Origin: a virus
Taxonomy: Duplodnaviria > Heunggongvirae > Uroviricota > Caudoviricetes
Length of the DNA stretch: 62,341 nt
Direction: 5' to 3' (one strand)
Virus record (IMG/VR): IMGVR_UViG_3300042382_000594
Below are positions 19,846 to 30,153 of this stretch, piece by piece. The position numbers and the translations under genes were made by a program. Below the pieces are notes generated by a model that ran no database searches, was not told the DNA's origin, and saw nothing but the letters and a program-made list of their open reading frames with translations. Positions within the stretch are counted from its first letter, which is position 1; every line of letters starts with the position of its first letter.

Positions 19846-21887
19846 TAAATTTTTGATTGTATATTAGTAATTATTGACGTATCATCCATAATATCTAGAG
19901 TTATTATTTTATCTTTTGTAGACGAAAATATCGTAGATTCCGGTGTTACCATAATAGGGAAATATCCTAATAGATTATTTATATTATATGCATTAAAATT
20001 ATTTAATGTAACTGTTCCTTTAGAATAGTTTATTTGGCCAATATTATCCTGAATAACTGTTTTTATATTATTAACATAATAGTAACTTCTTAATTTAACT
20101 GTATTTCCAGTTAAATTTGGAACTATTACTGCTCCAGTTCCTCCGCCTCCAGAAACAACTGCAACAGCTTGGGTATAGTTTAATCCTGCTGATGTAATAT
20201 TAACCGAAGTTATTGTACTGTTAGTAACGTCCGCTGTAGCTGTAGCGCCAGTTCCATCTCCATAAATTGTAATAGTTGGAATAGAAGAAAATCCGCTACC
20301 TCCATTTATTATCTGTATTGATTCTAATGTGTTAAATACAGATGGAGATTCTTCAATTTTAGCATTTTGGTATAAAGAACCATTTGATGCAATACAATCA
20401 AAATATCCACTATCTAAAGTTCCTTTTTTCAACGGGACTTCAAAATTAAATGTATGTGAATTGTCTGTTCCAAATATAGGAATAAATCTTTTTTCTAAAG
20501 AAATAGTTGATTCTGATGTAATAATTGCTGCATCGGTATTTTTAATTTTTGTTATCAAATCTGCTAATATGAATACAGAATCAAATGTATTAAGAGAAGT
20601 ATTACAAAAATCCATTATAGATAATTTTATTAAACTTAATATTTGGTAAGGATCATAAATAGATTTTTGTTTATCAAAAAATACATTAGTGTTTATTCTT
20701 ATAAATGTGTAATCTACATCAACAATTTCAGGTATAGCTGTGATTATGCTGAACGGTTTTATGTATTCATTAATCAATCTATATTTTTGCAATTCAGATA
20801 AATTATATCCACCCGTTGGTTTAATGCATATAAAAATTTTACCATATTCAGGTGGATCTATATCTTCTCCTCCCCAAACATTAACAGCTTGAATTGGAAT
20901 TATCGGATTATCTCTTTTTAATAATTCAAGGTAATCAGATTTACTTACAGCTCTATTTTGAGAAGAATATGCTTTTGGTGCAGAATATTTAATTGATTCA
21001 ATCGATTCTTTTGCGCTACCGCCAGTTGCTGTATCCCCGCTACTAGTAATAATAACTCCAGAATAATTACCGATTTTATCCATTAACGTAAATTTATATG
21101 CGCCATTTGGAGCTTCACCTTTAGTTGTTAAATATTCTATAACAATAACATTACCAGTTTTTAATGAAGAACCTAAAATACCATCACCAAAATATATTTC
21201 AAATAAACCAGATAACCCTTCTTGAAGGAAATATACTTTAGAAGTATCATCTAAAGTTAAATGGTTAGAAGCCAACTCAAATTTAGTAAAAACTGTCGAC
21301 TGTGATGATTCATAAACCAAAACTTGTAGAGATGTCGTATCAACTTCGCTATCTGGAATAGTAAAGGTTGATGATTCATTCTGGAAATTATTAACCGAAT
21401 ATGTGTATCTTACTGGGTTCCCTTGATATATTGGAACATAATAAAATTGCGCAGTATTATTATTTGCAGTTACTGTAACCGATTCCAATGTAACAAATGG
21501 ATAATTCACGCCATCAATTGCTTGCGAAGAAAATTTAGTATATTTTGGAATAGTAAAATTAGCCGATGTAGTTCCATTAAATTTTAAATCAATATGCGCG
21601 ATTGATGCTTTTGCTGAAGATGGAACGTAATTAAGTAATTTAGCATGAGATACAACTGATCCACGTTTTACTGCAGTATCTAAAAATGCTTCATTAGCGA
21701 CCATATTAAGATAATATGCATTATAATGAGTATTATATGCTAGTAAATCTAATACAGTAGAAATAACTGAACTTTCAAAATCATAATCATTAAATTTATC
21801 TTGACCGCGCAAATAGTTTTTAAAATTATTTTTAATTGCGTCAAAATCTAATTCTGCAATATTAACTGATGAATTGGCACTGGCCAT
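19845..21887 (-). CDS. gp6: baseplate wedge subunit
   Basis: ELDFDAIKNNFKNYLRGQDKFNDYDFESS...LAYNTHYNAYYLNMVANEAFLDTA; FGDGILG; QNRAVSKSDY. Confidence 0.95.
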   Translation of the reverse strand: MASANSSVNIAELDFDAIKNNFKNYLRGQDKFNDYDFESSVISTVLDLLAYNTHYNAYYLNMVANEAFLDTAVKRGSVVSHAKLLNYVPSSAKASIAHIDLKFNGTTSANFTIPKYTKFSSQAIDGVNYPFVTLESVTVTANNNTAQFYYVPIYQGNPVRYTYSVNNFQNESSTFTIPDSEVDTTSLQVLVYESSQSTVFTKFELASNHLTLDDTSKVYFLQEGLSGLFEIYFGDGILGSSLKTGNVIVIEYLTTKGEAPNGAYKFTLMDKIGNYSGVIITSSGDTATGGSAKESIESIKYSAPKAYSSQNRAVSKSDYLELLKRDNPIIPIQAVNVWGGEDIDPPEYGKIFICIKPTGGYNLSELQKYRLINEYIKPFSIITAIPEIVDVDYTFIRINTNVFFDKQKSIYDPYQILSLIKLSIMDFCNTSLNTFDSVFILADLITKIKNTDAAIITSESTISLEKRFIPIFGTDNSHTFNFEVPLKKGTLDSGYFDCIASNGSLYQNAKIEESPSVFNTLESIQIINGGSGFSSIPTITIYGDGTGATATADVTNSTITSVNITSAGLNYTQAVAVVSGGGGTGAVIVPNLTGNTVKLRSYYYVNNIKTVIQDNIGQINYSKGTVTLNNFNAYNINNLLGYFPIMVTPESTIFSSTKDKIITLDIMDDTSIITNIQSKI

Positions 21888-21916
21888 TATTTTCCCCTAA
21901 ATCCTTTTATTAGTAT

Positions 21917-22321
21917 TTATCTAAGTCTTGATAAAATAAAATCTGCTGTAAATGGTTGAACCAAGTTATTAATATAAAATGATATAGTTACTTGGTATGA
22001 GTTATAATCATATAACGCTTCAACGTTAACAGAAGTTAATGTAACTCTGTAATCAAAATTCTTTATTACATAAGTTATTTCTTTTGTTAATGCAGAAGAT
22101 GTAATTGGGCTCATTGGTTCAAATAACAATTTACGAAGATTTGACCCATAATTTGGCTGAAATGGCTTTTCGTAATAATTTGTCAATAATAAATTTTTCA
22201 ACGCCCTAGTAACAGCTAATTCCCCAGTGGAAAGCATTAAATCTTTTTTAGCTGGATGTGGTTGAAATGTCATATCCAAATCAGAATATCCGCTAAAATT
22301 TTTTATTTCTGTAGATTTCAT
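21917..22321 (-). CDS. gp25: baseplate wedge protein
   Basis: YSDLDMTF..HP; LKNLLLTNYYEKPFQPNYGSNLRKLLFE. Confidence 0.9.
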   Translation of the reverse strand: MKSTEIKNFSGYSDLDMTFQPHPAKKDLMLSTGELAVTRALKNLLLTNYYEKPFQPNYGSNLRKLLFEPMSPITSSALTKEITYVIKNFDYRVTLTSVNVEALYDYNSYQVTISFYINNLVQPFTADFILSRLR

Positions 22322-22322
22322 A

Positions 22323-23309
22323 TTAGTTTAAGTTTATTGGTGAACCTTTAATATTAGTTGCTCCACTACTTGTTTGGTTTATAGTTCCAGCAACAGTTGT
22401 TGTCATATTTCCATTAATCGTCATAGTATAATTCCCATCAATAGTTGTATCACAATTACCAATAATATAAACTTTATTACTTCCTTCAATTGTAACTGAG
22501 CAATCTCCAGAAATAGATACTTTATCATTATTTAATACAACAGTATATCTATCTTTAACAATTTTCTCGACCTGTGAACCATCTGGATGCGTCTCAGAGA
22601 ACGTTCCGCTTCTATGATACAAATGTATCCGTTCATGCCCAGGAGAGTCGTCAAGCTCGAAATAATGTCCTGATTCAGTGCTTACAACTTGATTGTATGG
22701 ATACTTTGTATTATAAGGAGAATTAGGTTCAGTCCAAGCAGTTGCACCTTTTGGTCCTTTAGCTTTTTTAACAGAATCATTTTTTGCTTTAACAATAGTT
22801 GTATCTATACTTTCATTCCTTGATAGTCTACTTGTAGTAGGTTGGTCAAGTCTATTTGGATAAGTATTTGCTGCTGGGTACTCAGTAATTTTTGCGCCAC
22901 CTTTAGTTGAATAATCAATTGTCTGCGGTTTTCTCGGAGCAGCTTTTAATTGTTCGTCAGTTCTTGGGTCATTAAAACCTTTTTCTCTGTCAGGGCTATC
23001 TTCTGGTATTCCATGAAACATACCCATAATTATTGGATATTGGCTTGATGCGCCATCCATAAAAAAACCCATTACAAAATCCCCTTCTTGTAGCGTAGAA
23101 GGAGTAGACGTTGACCCATTAATAGAAAATAATGGTTGCGCCCAAGGTAATGTATTTGTTGGAACTTGCGCTTTTGTTCCTTCGTGTAATCCTTGTATTC
23201 TTACTCTACACCGACCAAGATTTAATGGATCCATTCTATCTTCGATAACGCCGATCCACCAAACGAATCCATTATGGCCTATGAAATTTCCTCTTCTATT
23301 ATTACTCAT
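22323..23309 (-). CDS. gp5: baseplate hub / spike protein lacking a lysozyme domain
   Basis: WWIGVIEDRMDPLNLGRCRVRI OB-fold; YPYNQVVSTESGHYFELDDSPGHERI; short beta-helix C-terminus. Confidence 0.9.
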   Translation of the reverse strand: MSNNRRGNFIGHNGFVWWIGVIEDRMDPLNLGRCRVRIQGLHEGTKAQVPTNTLPWAQPLFSINGSTSTPSTLQEGDFVMGFFMDGASSQYPIIMGMFHGIPEDSPDREKGFNDPRTDEQLKAAPRKPQTIDYSTKGGAKITEYPAANTYPNRLDQPTTSRLSRNESIDTTIVKAKNDSVKKAKGPKGATAWTEPNSPYNTKYPYNQVVSTESGHYFELDDSPGHERIHLYHRSGTFSETHPDGSQVEKIVKDRYTVVLNNDKVSISGDCSVTIEGSNKVYIIGNCDTTIDGNYTMTINGNMTTTVAGTINQTSSGATNIKGSPINLN

Positions 23310-23310
23310 A

Positions 23311-24666
23311 TTATCTTACTTCTTTCCAACCTGGATTAGTATTATCATATTTAAATGTTTTATTAGGATAAGAATCTTTACATAGTTCTAGTATCGTAGT
23401 AAACCTATTTTCTTGTGTTATTATATGTCTTAATGCAGTAATAAGATATTTTCCTGAATAAATTGGATCAGAAGTTTTTTCTTTGCTTTGTGGATTATTA
23501 TAGCTTATTTCTGGTTTATCAAAATCAACAATCATACCAACAGTTAAACCAATATCTCCAGGAATAATAATTTTTATTCTATTAGACCACATAAGAGATA
23601 ACTGCGAAGATCTAACTGAAGTAGTTTTTTCTGGAGAAAACTCATTAACTGGAACTTCTTTATCTTTAATATATTTATTTTCGCTTTGACCGGAAGTTGA
23701 TATTACAAATTTAACAGCTCCTACAGTTTTATTCATTGTATCTCCCATTCTATTTTCTGCTGAATTAGGAAGAGAAGCATAGTCTAATGATTGGACGTTT
23801 TTTGTATATTCATTATAATCATGAGCATTTTCTCCAAATTTCAACCTTAATGGATCGATTGTTATTGTCTTACTTGCCATCGTTCCTTGTTTAACTGCAG
23901 AAATAGAATCAAATGCGCTTATATGTTCAAACGCAATAACATTTACGAATTCTTTATTGACGTCAGAAATTAAATCATTTTGTGTTGATTTCAAATTCTT
24001 TTCTTCGTATTTGTATTTTCTTGCAGTTTTTTGTTTATACAAATTTAAAACTGATCTAAAAGAAAATCCATATTTATCTTCGTAGAATAGAAAAAATGCT
24101 CCTGCATTTTTATCTTGATCAGCTTGTGCAAATGTTGTTAACCAGTTTATTGCTTGAAATGGTTTTAAATTTGGAACTAAAATATCATGAACTCCAGAAG
24201 TTTTATCAAAATTTATTAAAAGGTCCGGATTAATTTTTAAATCATTTTCTAAAATACCATGAACAATATCCGCAATTATCATATTTTTATATGACTTAGA
24301 TATTTTGTATTGTTCATTTAAATACGCTTCCTCTGAACAAAAATGTATGATATAATTTTCATTTGAAGTTTTTGTTTGAGATCTTCCGCTATGTTTGTAA
24401 ATCCTAAGTGTCTTTTTTAATGGATCATCTAGTCCAGGTTTATCTATTTCAAGAATTAATACTTCTTGTCCTTGAAATTGAAACATTTGAATAAGGCCAA
24501 CAGAATCATTTATAACCAATGCTCCACTAACAAAATTAGAAAAAATATCCTCAAAATAATTTATCTCAACAACCATAGCTGAAACATCAGTTGGGTGTCC
24601 AGAAACGCCAACAATTTTGCAAGATACAATTGATACATCTTGTATATGTAATAATCCATCAGCCAT
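23311..24666 (-). CDS. conserved T4-like baseplate hub protein (gp27-like position)
   Basis: INYFEDIFSNFVSG; FLFYEDKYGFSFRS; SGKYLITALRH; synteny gp53-X-gp5. Confidence 0.55.
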   Translation of the reverse strand: MADGLLHIQDVSIVSCKIVGVSGHPTDVSAMVVEINYFEDIFSNFVSGALVINDSVGLIQMFQFQGQEVLILEIDKPGLDDPLKKTLRIYKHSGRSQTKTSNENYIIHFCSEEAYLNEQYKISKSYKNMIIADIVHGILENDLKINPDLLINFDKTSGVHDILVPNLKPFQAINWLTTFAQADQDKNAGAFFLFYEDKYGFSFRSVLNLYKQKTARKYKYEEKNLKSTQNDLISDVNKEFVNVIAFEHISAFDSISAVKQGTMASKTITIDPLRLKFGENAHDYNEYTKNVQSLDYASLPNSAENRMGDTMNKTVGAVKFVISTSGQSENKYIKDKEVPVNEFSPEKTTSVRSSQLSLMWSNRIKIIIPGDIGLTVGMIVDFDKPEISYNNPQSKEKTSDPIYSGKYLITALRHIITQENRFTTILELCKDSYPNKTFKYDNTNPGWKEVR

Positions 24667-25798
24667 AATATGTTCTCATTAAAACTTTTAATTCTTGTTC
24701 AATTTGTGGAACATACTCTTTTCTAATTAAATTAATTGTACGTTTATTTTCATTTTGTTCTAATTCGTATTCATAAATAGATAATCTTTGTTTTTCAGTA
24801 GAAATTACAATATTCTCAGATTCTTTTGTTTGTGTTGCATAATTTAATATGGGGAAATCGTATCCATTTCCTCCTCCATTATATGCTTTTTCGTCAATGT
24901 AAATAGTTTCTGATGTTTCTTTTCCTGTAATATTATCAGTTGTAGTAATAGTTGCTCTATATCCAAATGGATCTTTATTTCTTGTAACTAACGTATATTC
25001 CAAGCCATTAGTGTAAGTTTTCCAATAATCTGCATTAGAAATAGTTATTCCATTAACAGAATTTGATGTATTATTTTGTTTACAAATATAAATTATCCCA
25101 TTATACGTTGTAACATCATCTGTATTGTATTGTATATTATTTTGCCAATCCCCTTTCCAATAAGCCCCATCATAAATTCTATTCCAATATTTTTTAGCTA
25201 ACGCATCTTTAAACGTTCCAATTCGCGCAGGTTTGTGTGTATTTGTGCAAATAAATGCTGTATTACTTGTAACGATAATATCATTTACATTGTATTCAGC
25301 AACAATATCTATATCATTTGGCCCATCTTCAAGGACTACGCTTGTAATTGTAATTCCAGTATTGGGATTATATATGTATTCGTATGTTCCGCCTTCATTG
25401 TATGTAATTGATCCTGCAGGATATAAAACGCCATCAATCGTATAATATTCAGTTGCATCCCATTCACCTCTCCAATTACCTTCTTTCCATTGTTTCGTAC
25501 TATTTCCTTCATTTTTATACTTATCCATAAGATATTTTGAAAATACCGGATAATCTAAAGAATAATCAAAAAACGGATTAATTGTATCATTGGCTAACAT
25601 TACAATCCAATGACGCTCAGGATCTCCATAATATTTTGCTGCAATAATTTCTGGAGTATCCCCTTCTTGCATATCATATGGATAATACATCGACAATTTA
25701 TTTGAATATTTTTGTCTAATTGCTATTCTTGTAACAATATCAGTTACAATTTTACTATTAATATTAAGTAATGGATATTTTGAAAAAAATGAAGACAT
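24659..25798 (-). CDS. gp53: baseplate wedge subunit with an internal insertion
   Basis: FFSKYP; EGDTPEIIAAKYYGDPERHWIVMLAN; YEYELEQNENKRTINLIRKEY. Confidence 0.85.
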   Translation of the reverse strand: MSSFFSKYPLLNINSKIVTDIVTRIAIRQKYSNKLSMYYPYDMQEGDTPEIIAAKYYGDPERHWIVMLANDTINPFFDYSLDYPVFSKYLMDKYKNEGNSTKQWKEGNWRGEWDATEYYTIDGVLYPAGSITYNEGGTYEYIYNPNTGITITSVVLEDGPNDIDIVAEYNVNDIIVTSNTAFICTNTHKPARIGTFKDALAKKYWNRIYDGAYWKGDWQNNIQYNTDDVTTYNGIIYICKQNNTSNSVNGITISNADYWKTYTNGLEYTLVTRNKDPFGYRATITTTDNITGKETSETIYIDEKAYNGGGNGYDFPILNYATQTKESENIVISTEKQRLSIYEYELEQNENKRTINLIRKEYVPQIEQELKVLMRTYYG

Positions 25799-25801
25799 AT
25801 A

Positions 25802-27184
25802 TCAATATCCTTGATCTATTTTATCTCTTGTTAAAATTTCAGTTTCTTTAAACATCAACGTCAATCGAGTTTTAACTGGCATACCATCATTATATGTAAC
25901 CCAACCAACTTCTGGTGCATAATCAACAACAATACTTGTTAATACACAAGGAGCAAATTTATGTAAATTTTCATTTCTTTTTTCTAGGTGCATATATTCA
26001 ATTTGAAATACTGAAGGAACGTCAAAATATCTACCTTCATATCCACCATACAAATTAGGAGCAGCGTGTTTTCTAAACAATTTTATGATTTCTCTAACTG
26101 TTTCAGCTTCATTTGGGCTTTTTGGTGTAAACGTAAAGTCAAATTGAAATGTTCTCATATCCATTGCCGAAAAAACAACTTCAAATTGAGGGTTGATTGC
26201 ATATCCAGCTTTACTTAAAAGATATTTTCCAACAGCAGCTCCGTCGTTTACAATACCAAGCGCACCTGCTGCTTGCCCAGCTCCTTCTAACATAAGAGGC
26301 TTATAATCATTTTCTTTTATTGTTTTTATTGTATCTGATGACATTAAACCGTTTTTTTGGTTTTTAAATGAATCATATAATGAAGCAGCACTATTCTTTA
26401 TTCCTTCGGCTTCCTTCATTCCTTCTGCAACCCCTCCAGTCATACCTAATGCATCAGTCATTTTTAAATCATTATATGCGGCATGCTGACTCATAGAAAC
26501 GGTATCCGGCATGTATAAATTTATATACCCACTAGGTTTAACAGATGATGGTTTAAAAACTGGACCATTAGTTTGATCTTTTCCTTGTTGGGTTGAACTT
26601 GCTGAACTAAATGCTTTTGCAGGGTCATTTAAAAAATCTTTTATAGAATTAAAAGCAGAAGTTGCAGACCCCATTGGATCTTTTAAGAAACTAGAAACTC
26701 CAGGAATTGAACTTGCTGTTGATGCAATTGAAGATAATCCATTTATCCCACCAACAACTCCAGATAACGCGGTTAATGGGGAACCAGCAGAAAAACCTCC
26801 AGTAATAATACTTTTTGCTCCAGATACAACGCCAACTACAGAAGCAGCTGTTCCTGCAAGTTGATTTGCTGTACTAAGAGCTTTATTAGCAACGCTAGCA
26901 ACTGCTCCTATTGTATCAGTAACAGATGATACGGCTGAAGATGCTTGATTTGCGACTTTTTGTATATTAGCTAGAGCATCAAAATGCCCAGAAGATATAT
27001 AATCTGCTCCTTTAGAAGAAACAATCCCAGTTTCTTGGTATGTTGATTTTGTTGGTATCAACACAGAAAATGTAATGAAATGCCCTTGCCTTGAACTACC
27101 CAATGAATTTGGATATGATAATACAGGCATATCATTTTTACTAGCATATAGAGCTTTTAACGGCGAATTAGGATCTGCTGACAT
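25802..27184 (-). CDS. gp48: baseplate tail tube cap
   Basis: INLYMPD; AINPQFEVVFSAMDMRTFQFDFTFTPKSPNEA; PCVLTSIVVDYAP; FKETEILTR. Confidence 0.85.
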   Translation of the reverse strand: MSADPNSPLKALYASKNDMPVLSYPNSLGSSRQGHFITFSVLIPTKSTYQETGIVSSKGADYISSGHFDALANIQKVANQASSAVSSVTDTIGAVASVANKALSTANQLAGTAASVVGVVSGAKSIITGGFSAGSPLTALSGVVGGINGLSSIASTASSIPGVSSFLKDPMGSATSAFNSIKDFLNDPAKAFSSASSTQQGKDQTNGPVFKPSSVKPSGYINLYMPDTVSMSQHAAYNDLKMTDALGMTGGVAEGMKEAEGIKNSAASLYDSFKNQKNGLMSSDTIKTIKENDYKPLMLEGAGQAAGALGIVNDGAAVGKYLLSKAGYAINPQFEVVFSAMDMRTFQFDFTFTPKSPNEAETVREIIKLFRKHAAPNLYGGYEGRYFDVPSVFQIEYMHLEKRNENLHKFAPCVLTSIVVDYAPEVGWVTYNDGMPVKTRLTLMFKETEILTRDKIDQGY

Positions 27185-27219
27185 ATTTTTATTTCTTTTT
27201 TGTTGGATTAACTAAATAC

Positions 27220-27227
27220 TATTTATA
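27220..27227 (-). promoter_or_regulatory. late promoter TATAAATA for the baseplate operon, back-to-back with ACTAAATA (+, 27211-27218) before gp4
   Basis: exact consensus in the divergent intergenic region. Confidence 0.75.
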
Positions 27228-27257
27228 TGTTATTTTATAAACTTTTTTGATTATTTT

Positions 27258-27701
27258 ATGAGTAGATATCCTAAACCAAGGAAATGGGTTCCAAAGAACA
27301 AAGCAAAATATAAAGGGGATTGGGATAATATAATATCTAGATCTTCATGGGAATTGCGAGTATTTAAATGGATGGACGATAACCCATCAGTGTTGGAATG
27401 GGCATCAGAAGAATGCGTTATTCCATATAAATCTCCAGTAGATAATAAGCTACATAGATATTTTCCAGATGTTTGGGCAAAAGTAAAAGGAGCTGATGGT
27501 AGAATTAAAACATATTTATTAGAGATTAAACCGGAATATCAAGCAAATGCTCCAGAAGTTAAAAAACGAATAACTAAACAGTATATAACAGAAGTTTGCA
27601 CCTATGCAATAAATCAAGCTAAATGGAAAGCAGCAAGAGAATATTGTATGGATAGAAAATGGGAATTCAAAGTATTAACAGAAAAGGATTTAGGGTTATA
27701 A
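27258..27701 (+). CDS. gp4: head completion nuclease (TnsA-like)
   Basis: KYKGDWDNIISRSSWE; HRYFPD; LLEIKP; NQAKWKAA. Confidence 0.95.
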   Translation: MSRYPKPRKWVPKNKAKYKGDWDNIISRSSWELRVFKWMDDNPSVLEWASEECVIPYKSPVDNKLHRYFPDVWAKVKGADGRIKTYLLEIKPEYQANAPEVKKRITKQYITEVCTYAINQAKWKAAREYCMDRKWEFKVLTEKDLGL

Positions 27702-28334
27702 ATGAATAATATGCAACCTGGACCAGCTGAACCTTTAGATTCAAAATTTCATTTTAAATTTACGTTAAGAAATGTTACTGAAGCAATAACGTGGTTTAAA
27801 AATGAAATAAAATCTTTACAAAGTATAGGATCAAAAGAAAAATCAGAACATATTCCAAAACAAAAAGATTTATTGGCTCCTGGCGCTAATAAAACTAATA
27901 TGTTCGAAGTTGGTAAAATGTATTTGTTTCATTATGATCCAAAAGGAAGAAAAAGTTTACCATATTACGATACATTTCCATTAATTTTTTTAACAGGAAT
28001 ACATCAAGGCGGATTTACTGGATTAAATTTACATTATTTACCACCAGAACCAAGATTAATTTTGTTGAGCAATTTAATGCAAAAATCAGTTACTAAAGAT
28101 GGACAATTAGATAGATTAAACATTAAATACGAAAATCTAAAAGGAGTTCAAGAATTTGCATTTTTTGAACCTTGCTTTAAACAATATTTAAAATCTAATA
28201 TTAGATCAGAAATAAAATTAATTCCCCCTGAAGATTGGGGGTTCGCAGCTTCTCTTCCAATTGAATCATTTATGAAAAAATCAAAACAATATGTATGGAA
28301 AGAATCTATGGCTACACAAGATATGACACTTTAG
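27702..28334 (+). CDS. gp2: DNA end protector
   Basis: GKMYLFHYDPK...LPYYDTFPLIF...GLNLHYLPP. Confidence 0.9.
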   Translation: MNNMQPGPAEPLDSKFHFKFTLRNVTEAITWFKNEIKSLQSIGSKEKSEHIPKQKDLLAPGANKTNMFEVGKMYLFHYDPKGRKSLPYYDTFPLIFLTGIHQGGFTGLNLHYLPPEPRLILLSNLMQKSVTKDGQLDRLNIKYENLKGVQEFAFFEPCFKQYLKSNIRSEIKLIPPEDWGFAASLPIESFMKKSKQYVWKESMATQDMTL

Positions 28335-28346
28335 AGGAAAACAATA

Positions 28347-29216
28347 ATGTCATTTTTCGATACACTATCAGATACAGCCGGAAGTATTAAAAGCGGTTTT
28401 AATACTTTAATGAATGGGTCGGGTCCAGCAACAAAAAATAATATGGCAGAAGGAATAGCTGAATTAAGAAAATATGATGTTGGTAGAACTGCATATTTTA
28501 AAGTTGAAATATTTTCACAAATACCCCCCGATCAATCTTCTGGAAATTTTACTATATCGGGAGGCAGTTCATCAGAAAAAAGTTTATCATTTTTATGTCA
28601 TTCTGCAGAATTACCTGGAGAATCTACTGCAACAGTAACACAGAAAATATATGGAGTTACTGAAAAATTTTCAGTTATGACTGGATATAACGATATTACA
28701 TTAGCATTCTATACAAGAGGATCTGGAGTAGAAATTACTAGAAAATTTTTTCAAAAATGGATTTCTTTTATAACAGGAAGAGCAGAAACTATAAATTATA
28801 GAGGTAAAAAAGTACAAGAAACAACATATAATGTACAATACAAAGCAGATTATGTTGGGACAGTAAAAATTACACATTTTGCTATTACTGGAGATCCATT
28901 GGTAGAAGTAACATTATATGATGCATTTCCCGTATCAATAAATCAAGTACCATTATCTTGGTCAGCTCAAAATGAAGCCCAATCATTAAATGTTACATTT
29001 GCATACACAGAATATTCATACAATTTCTTATCAGTAGAAGGAACTGGGAACTATTCACGAGGTCCATTAGGAGAATTATTAGGAACAGCAATTCAAACTG
29101 CTGCAACAATAAATAGCATAAAAGGAGCTTTCAAAAGCGGAAATCCTGTAGCTGCGACATCGACATTGCCTAATCTTGGGTTGTCGAACTTTACAATATC
29201 ATCTGGATTAAGATAA
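28347..29216 (+). CDS. gp54: baseplate tail-tube initiator (gp54/gp19 family)
   Basis: AELPGES; YNDITLAFY; LYDAFPVSINQVPLSWS; NVTFAY. Confidence 0.7.
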   Translation: MSFFDTLSDTAGSIKSGFNTLMNGSGPATKNNMAEGIAELRKYDVGRTAYFKVEIFSQIPPDQSSGNFTISGGSSSEKSLSFLCHSAELPGESTATVTQKIYGVTEKFSVMTGYNDITLAFYTRGSGVEITRKFFQKWISFITGRAETINYRGKKVQETTYNVQYKADYVGTVKITHFAITGDPLVEVTLYDAFPVSINQVPLSWSAQNEAQSLNVTFAYTEYSYNFLSVEGTGNYSRGPLGELLGTAIQTAATINSIKGAFKSGNPVAATSTLPNLGLSNFTISSGLR

Positions 29217-29233
29217 AATAGGATTAATAAAAT

Positions 29234-29959
29234 ATGAGTTTGTTACCAAAAATTGATATGCCAACATATACAGTTAAATTACCAATATCAGAATTAACTG
29301 TAAAATATAGACCTTACAACGTAAAAGAACAAAAGATTCTAGCCATGGCTAAAGAATCAGGAGATAATAATTCATTAGTTGATGCGATAATTCAAATAGC
29401 ACAAAATTGTTGTGTTGATTCAACAGAAGTTGCTGATTTACCATTAAATGATGTTGAATTTTTATTTTATCAATTACGAGCAAGATCTGAATCTGAAATC
29501 CTTGAATTAAAATATAGATGCGAAAATATAACAGAAGAAGATAAAAAATGTAATAATATTATGGAACACGAATTAAATCTTTTGACTGAATTGGAAATAA
29601 TTAAACCAGATATTTCTCCTATTATTGAAGTAACAGATAAAGTTGGATTAAAATTACGTTATCAAAGATTTGAAAAAGATGCTATTGGTGATGCATTACC
29701 TACTCCGCAGCAAATTCTTGAAATAATTGCTAAAAACGTTGAATTTATTTATGACGATAATTCAGCTTATAGCGCAAAAGATGTTCCATTACAAAATATT
29801 GTTGATTGGATTGGAGAATTACCTCCAGAAAAATATGTAAAAATAGAAGAATTTTTTGCAAATGAACCAAAAATCGTTAAAAAATTAGGTATTAAATGTA
29901 ATAAATGCGGATTTGATCATTCTATAGAAGTACGAGATATTTTTGATTTTTTTATTTAA
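29234..29959 (+). CDS. gp26: baseplate hub assembly protein
   Basis: LPKIDMPTY; YRPYNVKEQKIL; DVEFLFYQLRARS; CxxC pairs; ends DFFI. Confidence 0.9.
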   Translation: MSLLPKIDMPTYTVKLPISELTVKYRPYNVKEQKILAMAKESGDNNSLVDAIIQIAQNCCVDSTEVADLPLNDVEFLFYQLRARSESEILELKYRCENITEEDKKCNNIMEHELNLLTELEIIKPDISPIIEVTDKVGLKLRYQRFEKDAIGDALPTPQQILEIIAKNVEFIYDDNSAYSAKDVPLQNIVDWIGELPPEKYVKIEEFFANEPKIVKKLGIKCNKCGFDHSIEVRDIFDFFI

Positions 29960-30006
29960 TTCTTGGTAATGTTGATCTTACAACTTTTTATAAAACAAAT
30001 TTTAAC

Positions 30007-30153
30007 ATGATGCAGCATCATGGATACAGATTACATGAGTTGGAAGAGATGATCCCTTGGGAAAGGGAAGTTTATGTTGGTTTATTGGTGCAGTATCTAA
30101 AAGACAAAGAAGAAAGACGAAAACAACAAGAAGCTAAAAGGAATATGCAATAG
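30007..30153 (+). CDS. gp51: baseplate hub assembly catalyst (not in the ORF track); homology extends upstream of the ATG to ~29953
   Basis: FYKTNFNMMQHHGYRLHELEEMIPWEREVYVGLL read from the sequence. Confidence 0.85.
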   Translation: MMQHHGYRLHELEEMIPWEREVYVGLLVQYLKDKEERRKQQEAKRNMQ

